The notes beneath the pieces are model-generated. The model was not told the DNA's origin and did no database searches. It saw only the letters and a list, made by a program, of their open reading frames with translations. A stretch of DNA of 61,325 nucleotides from a virus (taxonomy: Duplodnaviria > Caudoviricetes), in IMG/VR virus record IMGVR_UViG_3300032321_000377, positions 1-61,325 of that record; one strand, written 5' to 3'. Below, piece by piece: positions 25,820-35,744 of the stretch. Each line of letters begins with the position of its first letter. Within the stretch, counting starts at the first letter, position 1. The translations under genes and the position numbers were made by a program.

Positions 25820-28670
25820 CACCTTCAAGAGCGGCTTTATGTTGCGCTGCGGCTGCAATTTCTTCTTCTCTGTCGTCATCTAGGAATCCTTCGCAATTAA
25901 CCCATAGTACATCTGCAGATGGCAGACTCATACGAGTACCCTTACCCATACGTTTCTTATCAATCTTGGCTTTAGTCCTGCCACGTTTTAAAGAGTCAAC
26001 AAACCCTTCATAGTTAGTTTGTTGCTTGCTACACCATTCTTTTAATGGCTTCATATATAAATACAGCATCTTTATGTCGTACTCGTATCTAGCTACTAAA
26101 GAAATTCGTGGTGTTGCATCGGGGATAATTAAATGGTCTAAGTCATTCTTGCTAGCAGTACGGGCATCTTCAGTACTTTTAATACGTAGTACGTTATTGT
26201 AGTTCTCGGCAAGGTAGTTAGTCAGGGTAGTTTCGGCATCGACATCCATAGACTTTACTTGGTTCTGTAAAGTATTTACTGCTTCTTTGAGCCACTTAAC
26301 TACTGCGCCGATGTCGTAATCAATCAAACCAACTTGCTTAGCAACCATCAAACCCATGATTCCATCAGCTACAAGTACAGAGTGAAACCGATCTGCGGGA
26401 GTGAAACCACATGCCTTGTCTAGTTTTTGCTGCGTGGTTTTATATAAGGCTTTAATACCCTCTATGTCGTTCATTACATACTGTAAGAACGGTAGAGCCG
26501 CATGCCCATAGTTGTTTAAAATCTTTTCGCTAAGTTCATCGGTTTCGGTTTTCTCAAGTCCCAGCACAGGCTTAGCACGTACTTCGAGGATACGCATCGC
26601 TTCTCCTTTTGGGAGAGCTTTATATGTGCCGATCTTCTCCATAATGCTTGTGTTGCCTGTACTAACACCTGTCTGTTTCCATGGTTCTTCACCACGATTG
26701 CGTTCTTGATTAGACGAACCCGACATACGGTTTCTTTGAGAACCTGACGTGTATTGATACACGAAGTCGCTCAAGTCTTTAGCCGTAGAGTTTGTAACCT
26801 CGTCCATTGGTAGGAAAATGTTATTGTATAACTCGGCACGATTCATTTTAGATGCAGCAGTATCGGCTTCTTTTAAAACAATCTTGCTAGGATTACCCCA
26901 AACACTAGCCCCTGCATACAGCGCAGTAGTTTTACCAATACCTGAGTCGGGACTGAAGACGTGCAGTAACGCACCATTAACTGAAGTAAACTTGCTAAAT
27001 ATCGTACCAAAAGCTAGCCCAAGTACAAACTGATGAACTTCCATTCCTGGTTGTTTGTAAAAAGCCATAGCTTCTTTCCACTTATCCAAGCTACCTTTAG
27101 ATTCAAAAGCCGAAAATAGCTGGGCAGTAGCCGCAGATGGGGGGTTGTGGTCTACACGGTCTGCACGGATCTCTTTGTCGCCTAGAACGAAGGCTTCGCA
27201 TTTATCGTCAGTCCAGCCGAATTGTCTTCTAGCAGTATCTGCTTTAGCGTTATGTTGCATGTGGTTTACCCAAGTTGTTACATAGGACATAATCTCGTCT
27301 GTCTTTACTACCGCTACGCCATGTGATGACATGTATTTGCGTATTTCGTCTTTAGATGTAACCGCTGATAGCGGTATCGTAAATTCTTTAACACCATCTT
27401 TTGGAAGGTGCAATCTAACTACTACGGCTTCTCCGACATCGGAGTCCAATAAACGACGTGTCACATACAGGTCGTTGTGATAAATCATTACCTCAACAGC
27501 ATCGTCTTCTTTAATAATGCGTTTAAAAATACCGCCATTCTTGCCACGGAAATACGGCTCAGGGTATTTAGGAATAATATAAGTCTGTGTGTGCCCTTGG
27601 TCTACATCTGCAGGGCTACCTTCTACTATATTGTCTTCGTCTGATGCTTCTTGTACTTCACGACCTAGCACAATAGGGGATTTAAGAACGCCTTTATTGG
27701 GGCATCCATCGCATCCGCTTGGGTTAAATTCTTCAAACTTCAAGCATGTATAAGGTCCACCTTTGATGTTGCGTACCTTTTTATCAGCAAATTCTGGGCT
27801 GTATTCTGGGTGTCCTGAGGATATTTTCTCAATCGCCTTTTCCGCATCTACGCAAAATTTGGCTATAGATAGGCCTGCTCTCCACATCGGTTCTGACATG
27901 GTTGCTTGATTCTCATAAATATACTTCAACTGTTGGCATCCGTCACCATCTTTAGTTCTCATCATGATGGTTCTAAACCGATTCGTGTAGTTACCTAGGA
28001 TAGCTTTGGTAACTTCGTCCATTTCTCCTCGTGGGATATAGGACGGTCTTGTAAGAACGGGATCACCGATAACATCTTTTAGTGTGTCTAGCTCATAGGC
28101 TGGCCCCTGGGAACCAATTAAATTTACGTCCCTAGCCACATCATTTTTAAAATTTAAAGTACCTGGGACTCGTAGGATTCGTACCGAATCTGCCGTAACA
28201 ACGGGGTCAGCAAACAAGTCATTGTCATCGCACATCTTCTTTAGCTTTTCGGCTAAAGGCAACCATTCTTCACGGGAAATAGGTTCGGCTAAAGGCCAAT
28301 ATGCGTGTATACCCCCACCAGAGTTAACTAGTGTAGGTCTTGGCATCTTAGTTTCTTTACAGAAAACCTTAAGCCCTGTAAGAGCTTCTACCTGTGTTTT
28401 ATATGGCTTACCTGGGCCACAGTCAAGATCAACAAACAACGACCTAAGTTGTTGTACGTTTGCTGTCTTCCTTGACTTTCCATCTTTGAACGTGGCTAAT
28501 GCGTAGTACGCATTGTATCCTTCGTTCTTTAAGTTCTCAGCAACTTTTGCTGCATCTTCAAGCCGTTGGAAAAACTTTTGGACAGCCTTGTCCGAGTCTT
28601 CCTTTAACCCAACTATGCAGTAGTATCCTTCGTCGCCAAGGACTTGCTGTAAAAATTCTAAATTGTTCAT
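25794..28670 (-). CDS. Primase-helicase (RepB-like primase + DUF927-type helicase)
   Basis: FVDLD, VNSGGGIHAYW and RILRVPGT primase motifs; Cys cluster; SGIGKTT Walker A; MDE Walker B. Confidence 0.85.
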   Translation of the reverse strand: MNNLEFLQQVLGDEGYYCIVGLKEDSDKAVQKFFQRLEDAAKVAENLKNEGYNAYYALATFKDGKSRKTANVQQLRSLFVDLDCGPGKPYKTQVEALTGLKVFCKETKMPRPTLVNSGGGIHAYWPLAEPISREEWLPLAEKLKKMCDDNDLFADPVVTADSVRILRVPGTLNFKNDVARDVNLIGSQGPAYELDTLKDVIGDPVLTRPSYIPRGEMDEVTKAILGNYTNRFRTIMMRTKDGDGCQQLKYIYENQATMSEPMWRAGLSIAKFCVDAEKAIEKISSGHPEYSPEFADKKVRNIKGGPYTCLKFEEFNPSGCDGCPNKGVLKSPIVLGREVQEASDEDNIVEGSPADVDQGHTQTYIIPKYPEPYFRGKNGGIFKRIIKEDDAVEVMIYHNDLYVTRRLLDSDVGEAVVVRLHLPKDGVKEFTIPLSAVTSKDEIRKYMSSHGVAVVKTDEIMSYVTTWVNHMQHNAKADTARRQFGWTDDKCEAFVLGDKEIRADRVDHNPPSAATAQLFSAFESKGSLDKWKEAMAFYKQPGMEVHQFVLGLAFGTIFSKFTSVNGALLHVFSPDSGIGKTTALYAGASVWGNPSKIVLKEADTAASKMNRAELYNNIFLPMDEVTNSTAKDLSDFVYQYTSGSQRNRMSGSSNQERNRGEEPWKQTGVSTGNTSIMEKIGTYKALPKGEAMRILEVRAKPVLGLEKTETDELSEKILNNYGHAALPFLQYVMNDIEGIKALYKTTQQKLDKACGFTPADRFHSVLVADGIMGLMVAKQVGLIDYDIGAVVKWLKEAVNTLQNQVKSMDVDAETTLTNYLAENYNNVLRIKSTEDARTASKNDLDHLIIPDATPRISLVARYEYDIKMLYLYMKPLKEWCSKQQTNYEGFVDSLKRGRTKAKIDKKRMGKGTRMSLPSADVLWVNCEGFLDDDREEEIAAAAQHKAALEGDEGGPSLS

Positions 28671-28744
28671 AGCCACCTTTGAAGGTGGGGCGGCTCGCTC
28701 CGTGATGCAAGCCTTTAAGTATTAAACACCCCGTAACCGTTTAT

Positions 28745-29638
28745 TTAAGCATCATCCCATTCGCCAACTAGGTCTTCTAGTTTAGGCTCGTTCGCCACAG
28801 GGGCTTTCTTAGGGGGAGCTTTCTTTGGTTCTTCAATAGCTTCTACTTCTACCGCTTCAACTTTTTCAGCTGCTGGTGCTAACAATGCGTTCTTTAAAGA
28901 AGGCTTATCTTTAACACCATCCGTTTGAGCAACCGTTAGCGTAATCGCTTGGATTGCTTCTTTAGAATCTTTCAACTCTTGGATTTTGTTAAATTCGTCT
29001 TCAGTTACAGGACGCACAGGTTTAAATACCAGCTTCGGTGTGGGACTTGCTGTGTCAAACCGCATCTCGGTAACAACCCCAGTAATAGGAGTACCGTGAT
29101 TTTTCAGATGACGAGCGTATGCCTGTAAGGGTAGCTTACCTTTCTCACCATCACCGAATACAGAAGTAGGCGGCAATACGAGTTGATACACTTCACCTTT
29201 GTCGACTTCGCCATCAACAACTACTGCTAAACGTTGTTGGTAACGGCAGGCACGGCTATCACCTTGACCAGAACCCTTGATGTTTTGTGGGCAAGCTAAG
29301 CAGGTGGCTGCTTGCTTATCTTTGACCTTTTCATCAGGACGTTGGCTGTCGGATGACCAGCAAGTGGGGGATACGGCTTCACCTTCGGTATAGCTTCCAG
29401 CGTAATAAATACGGGATACTTTCGATGCAGCTTTGACAATCACTACGTTCATAGAACGTTCTTCAGATACACGGAACTCTTTACCACCAATAAACTCACG
29501 GAATACACCGCCTTTGATGGAAATGCGACGAGAACCTAAACCACCACCGTCACTTGTACCAGCTAGGGCATTGGTTGCATCATCTGTACCTTGTAAATAG
29601 GCAGGTAAACCACCTTTAAATAGAGCTAAATCACTCAT
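28745..29638 (-). CDS. Putative ssDNA-binding protein
   Basis: RISIKGG.F, CWS..C..CP.N..GS...C motif, acidic C-terminal tail ending WDDA. Confidence 0.6.
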   Translation of the reverse strand: MSDLALFKGGLPAYLQGTDDATNALAGTSDGGGLGSRRISIKGGVFREFIGGKEFRVSEERSMNVVIVKAASKVSRIYYAGSYTEGEAVSPTCWSSDSQRPDEKVKDKQAATCLACPQNIKGSGQGDSRACRYQQRLAVVVDGEVDKGEVYQLVLPPTSVFGDGEKGKLPLQAYARHLKNHGTPITGVVTEMRFDTASPTPKLVFKPVRPVTEDEFNKIQELKDSKEAIQAITLTVAQTDGVKDKPSLKNALLAPAAEKVEAVEVEAIEEPKKAPPKKAPVANEPKLEDLVGEWDDA

Positions 29639-29649
29639 GCTAATTCTCC

Positions 29650-29925
29650 TTAAATATCTTCATCAGGGTTAAAATTAAGAGCCATTTGGGCTGATCCTGC
29701 AGGTGCTTGCACCGTTAGGCTACCGTTGGCTTCTTCTCGTACTAGTTCTCCGCCGCTCAGTTTTCGTATGGCTTCTTCCACCTCACTAATTTTGAAACGG
29801 TATACACCGCCAATCTTCAATGCGGGGACTAAGTCTTGTCGAATCCATGCACGGACGGTCGATACAGACACGGCAAAATGCTTAGCCACATCTTCTATCG
29901 GGACAAACGTTTCATCCACCATCAC
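29650..29925 (-). CDS. Excisionase-like HTH DNA-binding protein
   Basis: EDVAKHFAVSVSTVRAWIR...PALKIGGVYRF. Confidence 0.85.
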   Translation of the reverse strand: MMVDETFVPIEDVAKHFAVSVSTVRAWIRQDLVPALKIGGVYRFKISEVEEAIRKLSGGELVREEANGSLTVQAPAGSAQMALNFNPDEDI

Positions 29926-30338
29926 TTACTCCTTTTTATAGTTACCGAATATTCGCTATTCGCATTCAATCCTGGCGGAAGCATGTCAGGATGCTCTTCC
30001 AAAAAAGCCCTCATATTGGTTTGTTGAAGCCGCTTCTCCAATAAGTCAGGCACACCATGTTCAAGAATAAACTTGTGCATGGATTCCCAATCTGACGTTG
30101 CATACGTAGTCCTTACGGTACGGTACACAATGCCAGCTTCAGTTCGTAAACTTTCAGCGCCTATCTCTTTCATGTGGGCGAGGATGGCTGTTTTTACAGT
30201 CTTCATATCCTGCTCAATCTTGGAGACTTTCTCCTCAAGTTCGTGAGCTACTTCAGCCTTTTTATCCCGCATCTTGATGTAGATACGAGTCAGCTTTTCT
30301 AAAGGCACTTCTGCCTGTACTGCTACTTCGTCTGTCAT
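29922..30338 (-). CDS. Conserved phage replication-region protein
   Basis: Coiled coil plus T..G.V and PPG motifs. SD AGGAG. Confidence 0.75.
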   Translation of the reverse strand: MTDEVAVQAEVPLEKLTRIYIKMRDKKAEVAHELEEKVSKIEQDMKTVKTAILAHMKEIGAESLRTEAGIVYRTVRTTYATSDWESMHKFILEHGVPDLLEKRLQQTNMRAFLEEHPDMLPPGLNANSEYSVTIKRSK

Positions 30339-30395
30339 AACATTCTCCTGTTAAAACAATAGCGGCTTTGTATTATTCTCGCTATTGGTACAAAC

Positions 30396-30424
30396 ACTAT
30401 ACTATCAAACTATTACTTATTCAA
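30396..30424 (-). promoter_or_regulatory. Sigma70-like promoter
   Basis: Minus strand TTGAAT-17 bp-TATAGT. Confidence 0.55.
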
Positions 30425-31955
30425 GTAAATTCTTGTAAAGCTCAACTAACTTTACGTGATCTTCAATGCGGTTGTCAAGCATTTTATATAGGTGTTTCTC
30501 CGCATTTGAACCTTGTAATCTCACTACCGTAACTGGATGCCGCTGCCCCGCTCTATGCGCCCGTGCATTGGCTTGGGCATATATTTCTAGGCTTGGGGTA
30601 GGCCCCCACCAAATAACCGTGTCAGCAGCCGTTAAAGTGACTCCATGAGCTGCCGCTTGTGGTTGAATAAGTAAAATACGTGGATTAGGGGTTTCTTGAA
30701 AATTCTTGAAAATCTCGGTGCGCTGGTTGTGGGGTACATCGCCGTTAATAATCTCGGTGGTAAATCCATCGGCTCTTAGCCTTTCCGCCAAAACCTTGAT
30801 GGTATTTTTAAAGGGTACAAAAATAAGAATCTTCTGCTTGGTTTCGTCAATAACTTCGTGCATAACTTTGTAACGGTTCTTGATGTCAAATTCTAGGGTC
30901 TCACCCGAATCCGAATACACTGCGCCACAGGATATTTGTAGGAGTTTGCTCATTCCGACTGCAGCATTTACTGCGGTAACTTGTTCGCCCACTGCGGACA
31001 TAACCAACTGCTTGCGTAGTAACTCATAGTATTTCTTCTGTTGTGGAGTGAGTTCGACTTCACGGGTTACATAAGTTAGTTCGGGTAAGTCTAGACATTC
31101 TTTTTTGGTAAATCGGATTGCAGGTTGTAAGGCTTCATGCACAATAGTTTCAGCATTAGGTCTGTTAATCCAACGGAACTGCGATACCTTATACATCACC
31201 ATGTCTTTGAAAGCCGAAAAGAACTTAGGTACATTGTGGGGGCTAACCAGTTTAGCTAATCCATAGGCATCGGTAGGGGACTGAGCGGCTGGTGTACCAG
31301 TAAGCATCCACAGCCAAGTGTCATGCTTTAGTATCTTATTGAGTGTCTTCCAACGAGTCGTCTGGGCATTCTTGTATGCGTTTGCTTCGTCAATAACTAC
31401 TAAGTCAAATCCACCATTAGCTATCTCGTCTTGGACAATCTCAACTCCGTCGTAGTTAATGATGACGAACTCAGCTTCAGAGTTAATTATTCGTGTTCGT
31501 TTTTCCCTGCTGCCATACGCAATATCTACATGGCGGTGCATGGCAAACTTAAATAGGTCTGCTCTCCAAGCCGAATCCATAATAGATAGGGGGCAGATAA
31601 CCAGCACACGCTTGATTCGACCGAGTTTCATTAGATAGTCAGCCGCCCATATTACTGAGCCTGTCTTGCCAGTACCTTGCTCATTAAGGCAGAAGGCACG
31701 GGGATGTAGGGTTAGGAAAGAAGCGGTAGTCTTTTGGTGCTCAAATGGTCTGTGTAATCCAGGCCAGTTGTAGTGTCCCATGATTGGTGATGGGATGTTT
31801 TTTATTTGTAGGTTTTTTAAAATTCGTGCTTCATCCAAGCCCCAGTTCACGGCAACTTGGTTTCCTTCAAGCTGTTTGCTTTTTGGAATTACTGTCGTAA
31901 CTTTGTTTGGGTTACGCAAATTTAATAGCAGAATTTTATTATTTATTATTTGCAA
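30417..31955 (-). CDS. SNF2-family helicase
   Basis: QGTGKT, IDEA, LTGTP and QANARAHRAGQ motifs. Confidence 0.92.
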   Translation of the reverse strand: MQIINNKILLLNLRNPNKVTTVIPKSKQLEGNQVAVNWGLDEARILKNLQIKNIPSPIMGHYNWPGLHRPFEHQKTTASFLTLHPRAFCLNEQGTGKTGSVIWAADYLMKLGRIKRVLVICPLSIMDSAWRADLFKFAMHRHVDIAYGSREKRTRIINSEAEFVIINYDGVEIVQDEIANGGFDLVVIDEANAYKNAQTTRWKTLNKILKHDTWLWMLTGTPAAQSPTDAYGLAKLVSPHNVPKFFSAFKDMVMYKVSQFRWINRPNAETIVHEALQPAIRFTKKECLDLPELTYVTREVELTPQQKKYYELLRKQLVMSAVGEQVTAVNAAVGMSKLLQISCGAVYSDSGETLEFDIKNRYKVMHEVIDETKQKILIFVPFKNTIKVLAERLRADGFTTEIINGDVPHNQRTEIFKNFQETPNPRILLIQPQAAAHGVTLTAADTVIWWGPTPSLEIYAQANARAHRAGQRHPVTVVRLQGSNAEKHLYKMLDNRIEDHVKLVELYKNLLE

Positions 31956-31970
31956 CTACATTCTCCAGTG

Positions 31971-32108
31971 AAGCGTTAATAGAGCATAAGTGGTGTCCAC
32001 TATGCTCTATCGAGTTTGTCAGTTCCCCACAGGAAATGAGTATGGTGCTGACTGGTATGGTTTAAACGGAAATGTCACCGTGATGTTCGCCACTCATACC
32101 TAACGCTT
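31971..32108 (-). ncRNA. Candidate structured leader RNA upstream of the helicase
   Basis: Closing helix 31971-78/32101-08, long hairpin 31979-32010, further helices. Confidence 0.4.
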
Positions 32109-32154
32109 ACATCTTGTAAAACGAATCTTTATCTTACATCAAATTTAAAAAAGT

Positions 32155-32478
32155 TCAAGCCTTTTTCTTACGTTCTCTTTTACTAGTTTCGCCAACTAAA
32201 TTGCTGTTGCCATCACGTTTAAAACTACGATTCTTTGCCTTGCTCTGCACAGTAAATCCGTCTTTATTACTACCACCTTTGTCAAGTGCTTTCTTGTGGG
32301 CAAGGTCTTTACCTTCTCTACTTTCGGCAGTCTTGTCTTTATCTGTTGGACTATCGGCATGCTTCTTGTCATACTCACGACGTAGACGTTGACGTTCCAT
32401 GCGACGTTCTAACTCGCCACGAGCCTTTTGTTGCTCGTATTCTTTCTTGTAGGGTCTTGGCTTATTTACATAAGGCAT
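32155..32478 (-). CDS. Small basic HNH-like protein
   Basis: DLAHKKAL.KGGSN...NR resembles a degenerate HNH. Confidence 0.6.
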   Translation of the reverse strand: MPYVNKPRPYKKEYEQQKARGELERRMERQRLRREYDKKHADSPTDKDKTAESREGKDLAHKKALDKGGSNKDGFTVQSKAKNRSFKRDGNSNLVGETSKRERKKKA

Positions 32479-32479
32479 T

Positions 32480-33148
32480 TTAGTTCCTTCCGTTGTGCGG
32501 ACATTCCATAACAAGGCAGTGTTTTTTGCACAATCCTGAGGGTCTAGGGTTCCATACGTTTCGTTCGTAGGCTACCTTCATCCTGTTGTACTCTGCCAAC
32601 CACTTAGCCCACATCTTATCCTGTTTTTCGGCATCATACGAGTCTTTTATAAAGTTCTTTGAGATCACAAAAAACAAGGCGGCTTTGACCTTTTTAAGCT
32701 GGGGGAAGTGCTTAAACATAGCCAATGCCATCAGTTCTAGCTGGTCAGTATCGGCATACTTAGCGGACTTGCCTGTCTTATAGTCTAGGCATCTACCTTC
32801 TTCTCCGTTAATAATGGCTAAGTCAGCTACCCCCCGCCACCAAACATTGGGGTCTTTGAATCCGCATGGCTCTAGATTCTCAGTCAAACCCATCTCTAGT
32901 TCACAATGCTTATCGCCATCCAACTGCTTGAGGTTATCTAACGCACTTTTAGCAAATGCAAATTGCGGTGGAATCGGCTTACCATCTCTGATATATAACT
33001 CAGCCGCTTCATGAAACTCTTTGCCGTAGGTAATCGCCTCGGTTGGTGGCTCTTTAACGTCTTTGAGAACCCGTAGGTGGTAGTACTTCTTGGGGCATTG
33101 GTCAAATAACTTAATGCTGGAGTACGACCACGATATAGGTTTAGTCAA
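32480..33148 (-). CDS. PD-(D/E)XK exonuclease (RecB/Cas4-like)
   Basis: SYSS...CP, G..FH, G..D, DYKTGK, QL, C-terminal C..C...C. Confidence 0.9.
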   Translation of the reverse strand: MTKPISWSYSSIKLFDQCPKKYYHLRVLKDVKEPPTEAITYGKEFHEAAELYIRDGKPIPPQFAFAKSALDNLKQLDGDKHCELEMGLTENLEPCGFKDPNVWWRGVADLAIINGEEGRCLDYKTGKSAKYADTDQLELMALAMFKHFPQLKKVKAALFFVISKNFIKDSYDAEKQDKMWAKWLAEYNRMKVAYERNVWNPRPSGLCKKHCLVMECPHNGRN

Positions 33149-33314
33149 AATTCACCTCAATTTCCCAATCAGGTTTATTGGCGAACACAGGCATACGAGG
33201 ATCGTTGGTATAACTACCATACATGGTTTTTGGTATAGCGCCTGTAATAATCCCTGCATTTACTAACGCTCTTACGTGTAAGTCTGTGTGTATTTTTATA
33301 TCGTCATTACTCAT
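33141..33314 (-). CDS. Hypothetical protein
   Basis: ORF tiled between neighbours. Confidence 0.55.
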   Translation of the reverse strand: MSNDDIKIHTDLHVRALVNAGIITGAIPKTMYGSYTNDPRMPVFANKPDWEIEVNFD

Positions 33315-33597
33315 CGCATCTCTCAATCAAAGCGGCATATCCGCAGATGTCTACTAAGTTATCTCTATGGGTTGGGTCATTAGCGAAGCGGGCCACTTTA
33401 ACGAGCATCATCATAGCAGCAACATCTTTAGCGTTAACTTCCTCTATGTCTTTATTTAACCCTTTAAGATAAGCCTTCCACATTACAGCTATGGTGTTTA
33501 GATTTTTAGCTGGGTGTCCGTAAGCCTTCTCTCTATCGCCGTAGATAATTGCATGGGCTTCTTTTAATACTGATAATTTTACTGTTTCTTCAGTCAC
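33307..33597 (-). CDS. DUF6378-like phage protein
   Basis: I.GDR...YG.P..N...IA..W...K.AR...D...D..GYAA. Confidence 0.75.
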   Translation of the reverse strand: MTEETVKLSVLKEAHAIIYGDREKAYGHPAKNLNTIAVMWKAYLKGLNKDIEEVNAKDVAAMMMLVKVARFANDPTHRDNLVDICGYAALIERCDE

Positions 33598-33766
33598 TGA
33601 GTTCTCCTGATATATGAGTTAAAAGTCGTACGTCTACAAAAGCGTTCATCATGTATTCGTGCGCTTCCCCAAAATGCCTATGGTTCATGGCTATTTCAAA
33701 CTCTTTTAAGTTCTTTCTTGCCCTGAGTAATAAGTCTGCGTAATCAAATACTTCTTGCGTGTTCAT
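33590..33766 (-). CDS. Hypothetical protein (58 aa)
   Basis: Hand translation MNTQEVFDYADLLLRARKNLK...ELSD*. Fills the gap with overlapping starts and stops. Confidence 0.6.
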   Translation of the reverse strand: MNTQEVFDYADLLLRARKNLKEFEIAMNHRHFGEAHEYMMNAFVDVRLLTHISGELSD

Positions 33767-33912
33767 TCTTCCTTCACCTTTCCATAAACCTGTAAAGTAA
33801 CCTTCAAAACATATTGAATGTCACTGAGGCTTAACTGCCCCATTAGTTGCAGTATTTTCATAACTGCAACGTCGTTATCTAAAGGTTGTGGGTCAACTAG
33901 TTTTTCAATCAT
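33763..33912 (-). CDS. Hypothetical protein (49 aa)
   Basis: MIEKLVDPQPLDNDVAVMKILQLMGQL...; coupled to the polA stop. Confidence 0.55.
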   Translation of the reverse strand: MIEKLVDPQPLDNDVAVMKILQLMGQLSLSDIQYVLKVTLQVYGKVKEE

Positions 33913-35744
33913 TAACAATCTCCATAAGATTTACCATATCCTGATTCACAATTTACTGGTAGCCCTTCCGCCCACTCAGGTATCCACTTCATGCACTCCT
34001 CAATGTAGGCTTGGGCTTCTAGCACTTCTTCGTCTTTAACTACACAAGCAATCGCATCGTGTACTGTCAGCACAACATCGTAACGCTTGGCAATCTTCAC
34101 CATCTGCTCACCAATGATGCAACGAGCAATAGCTTGGCAGACGTTCTCAATTACTTTACCGCCGTAGATTTTGTTCCATCCATAGCGAGTCTTGTATTGA
34201 TACTGCATACCTTTCTCGTCCCTAGTGGCAATTAGCTGGTCATACCGCATCAGTAAACCGCTAGGTAATCTGATACCACGTTCATTTGGAACTAAAGTCA
34301 ATACACCCTTTTTACCTAAAGATGTTGTATAGCCCTTACTTAATGCTTCCAGTGCCATTTGTGCTTCTCGCCACAAGCTAGTAATGAAAGGATAAGTTTC
34401 TCGGTATACGGATATGATATGCCTCGCATCATCTTCCGATACTTCTGCGCCGAAAGTCTTGAGTTGAGTCTTAAATTTCTGCGCCCCCATACCGTACCCA
34501 GCACCGAGAATTGTGGTTTTCCCAACGAACCTTTCTTCGCTCGTAATTTCTTCCGTGCTCTTACTATAAATAGCCGATGCCATGATTTTGTATACATCTT
34601 CATGCCTTTCAAAAGCAGTTACTAAATCGTCCTGTCCAGCCAGCCACGCTAAAACTCGTGCTTCAATTTGAGCCGAATCGGCATCAATGATTGAGTAGCC
34701 TTCAGGGGCAATAATTGCTTTCTTCAGCTTTCCGCCATTAGTTCCTCGGCTGGGAAGGTTCTGCAAGTTTAGGGAATCACTACCACCCCACCTTCCCGTG
34801 TGAGCCGCATAGTATTTTAGGGGAACTGGCATCAATCCTCTTTTGGCAATACCGATGAATCTTTCTGTTCGGGTTTCCTCAAGGGTTGACTTCGTCCCCA
34901 ATCTAGCGGCAACGAGAGTTTGAACTCTAATATCAGGGTGTTCAGCCAATGCTTTAAATTCTTCATCATTTTTCGCCAATGCAAAAGTTTCTTTACCTGT
35001 GGTTAGGCTAGTCTTCATAGGCGGTTCAACACCTAAGCCTTTAAGTAACTCAGCAAACTTCGGGTTACTAGCCAATTCACCCTTGTCTTCAATACCAGCT
35101 TCTTCTAGTAACTTCTCTTTCTTTTCCTTAACATCGCTAAGGTGCATCTCTAGTAACGTCAAATCCAAATCTAGAATCGGTCTTGTAAACATCCGAGTAG
35201 TCAAGTCAATCAACTTCATCTCGTTCTTCGGAAAGCCCTTCTTAATCATGGCACTGAATAACTTATAGGTTAGTTCTACGTCATTAACACAGTAGTCACC
35301 ATATCTATTAAGGTCTTCTTCTGTAAAGTCCACTCGGTTTTTACCTGAAGCAGCAATAACCTCATCACCCTTAACACCTAGTTTGTATCTTTCGGCTAAC
35401 GCTCCTAGGCTGCCGCCAACTTCCACACCATGTAGCGCACGTCCCATAGATAAAGTATCGGCATAAACTTTAGGGAATATGCCAAAGCGTTCGGAAAGGA
35501 TGAACCCGTCAAACATCATGTTATGCGCAATCGCCATAGAATCTTCCCATGGGAAAGACTTAAGCCAACCCTTAATCTGTTCATGCGTACCACTTGCCCA
35601 TTCGGTTTCGCCACCATTAACTTTAACGGCTACACCAATTACCTCAAAGCGATCACTGCGTATATATTCCTCAGTCGTCATCTTCGACAAACTAAAGGTA
35701 GACTTTTCATAGAAAGTCTCAAAGTCAATCGTTATTAGGTTCAT
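33912..35744 (-). CDS. polA: DNA polymerase family A with 3'-5' exonuclease
   Basis: IDFET exo I, TGRW, NLQNLP, motif A DSAQIEAR, motif B RFVGKTTILGAGYG, motif C TVHD. Confidence 0.95.
   Translation of the reverse strand: MNLITIDFETFYEKSTFSLSKMTTEEYIRSDRFEVIGVAVKVNGGETEWASGTHEQIKGWLKSFPWEDSMAIAHNMMFDGFILSERFGIFPKVYADTLSMGRALHGVEVGGSLGALAERYKLGVKGDEVIAASGKNRVDFTEEDLNRYGDYCVNDVELTYKLFSAMIKKGFPKNEMKLIDLTTRMFTRPILDLDLTLLEMHLSDVKEKKEKLLEEAGIEDKGELASNPKFAELLKGLGVEPPMKTSLTTGKETFALAKNDEEFKALAEHPDIRVQTLVAARLGTKSTLEETRTERFIGIAKRGLMPVPLKYYAAHTGRWGGSDSLNLQNLPSRGTNGGKLKKAIIAPEGYSIIDADSAQIEARVLAWLAGQDDLVTAFERHEDVYKIMASAIYSKSTEEITSEERFVGKTTILGAGYGMGAQKFKTQLKTFGAEVSEDDARHIISVYRETYPFITSLWREAQMALEALSKGYTTSLGKKGVLTLVPNERGIRLPSGLLMRYDQLIATRDEKGMQYQYKTRYGWNKIYGGKVIENVCQAIARCIIGEQMVKIAKRYDVVLTVHDAIACVVKDEEVLEAQAYIEECMKWIPEWAEGLPVNCESGYGKSYGDC

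Noticed and set aside
29650-29925. Excisionase-like gene as evidence of a prophage
   Set aside because: No integrase, att site or host flanks were seen. Such HTH genes occur in non-integrating phages.
32480-33148. Cas4-like nuclease as evidence of CRISPR-Cas
   Set aside because: Stand-alone PD-(D/E)XK nucleases are routine in phage replication modules.
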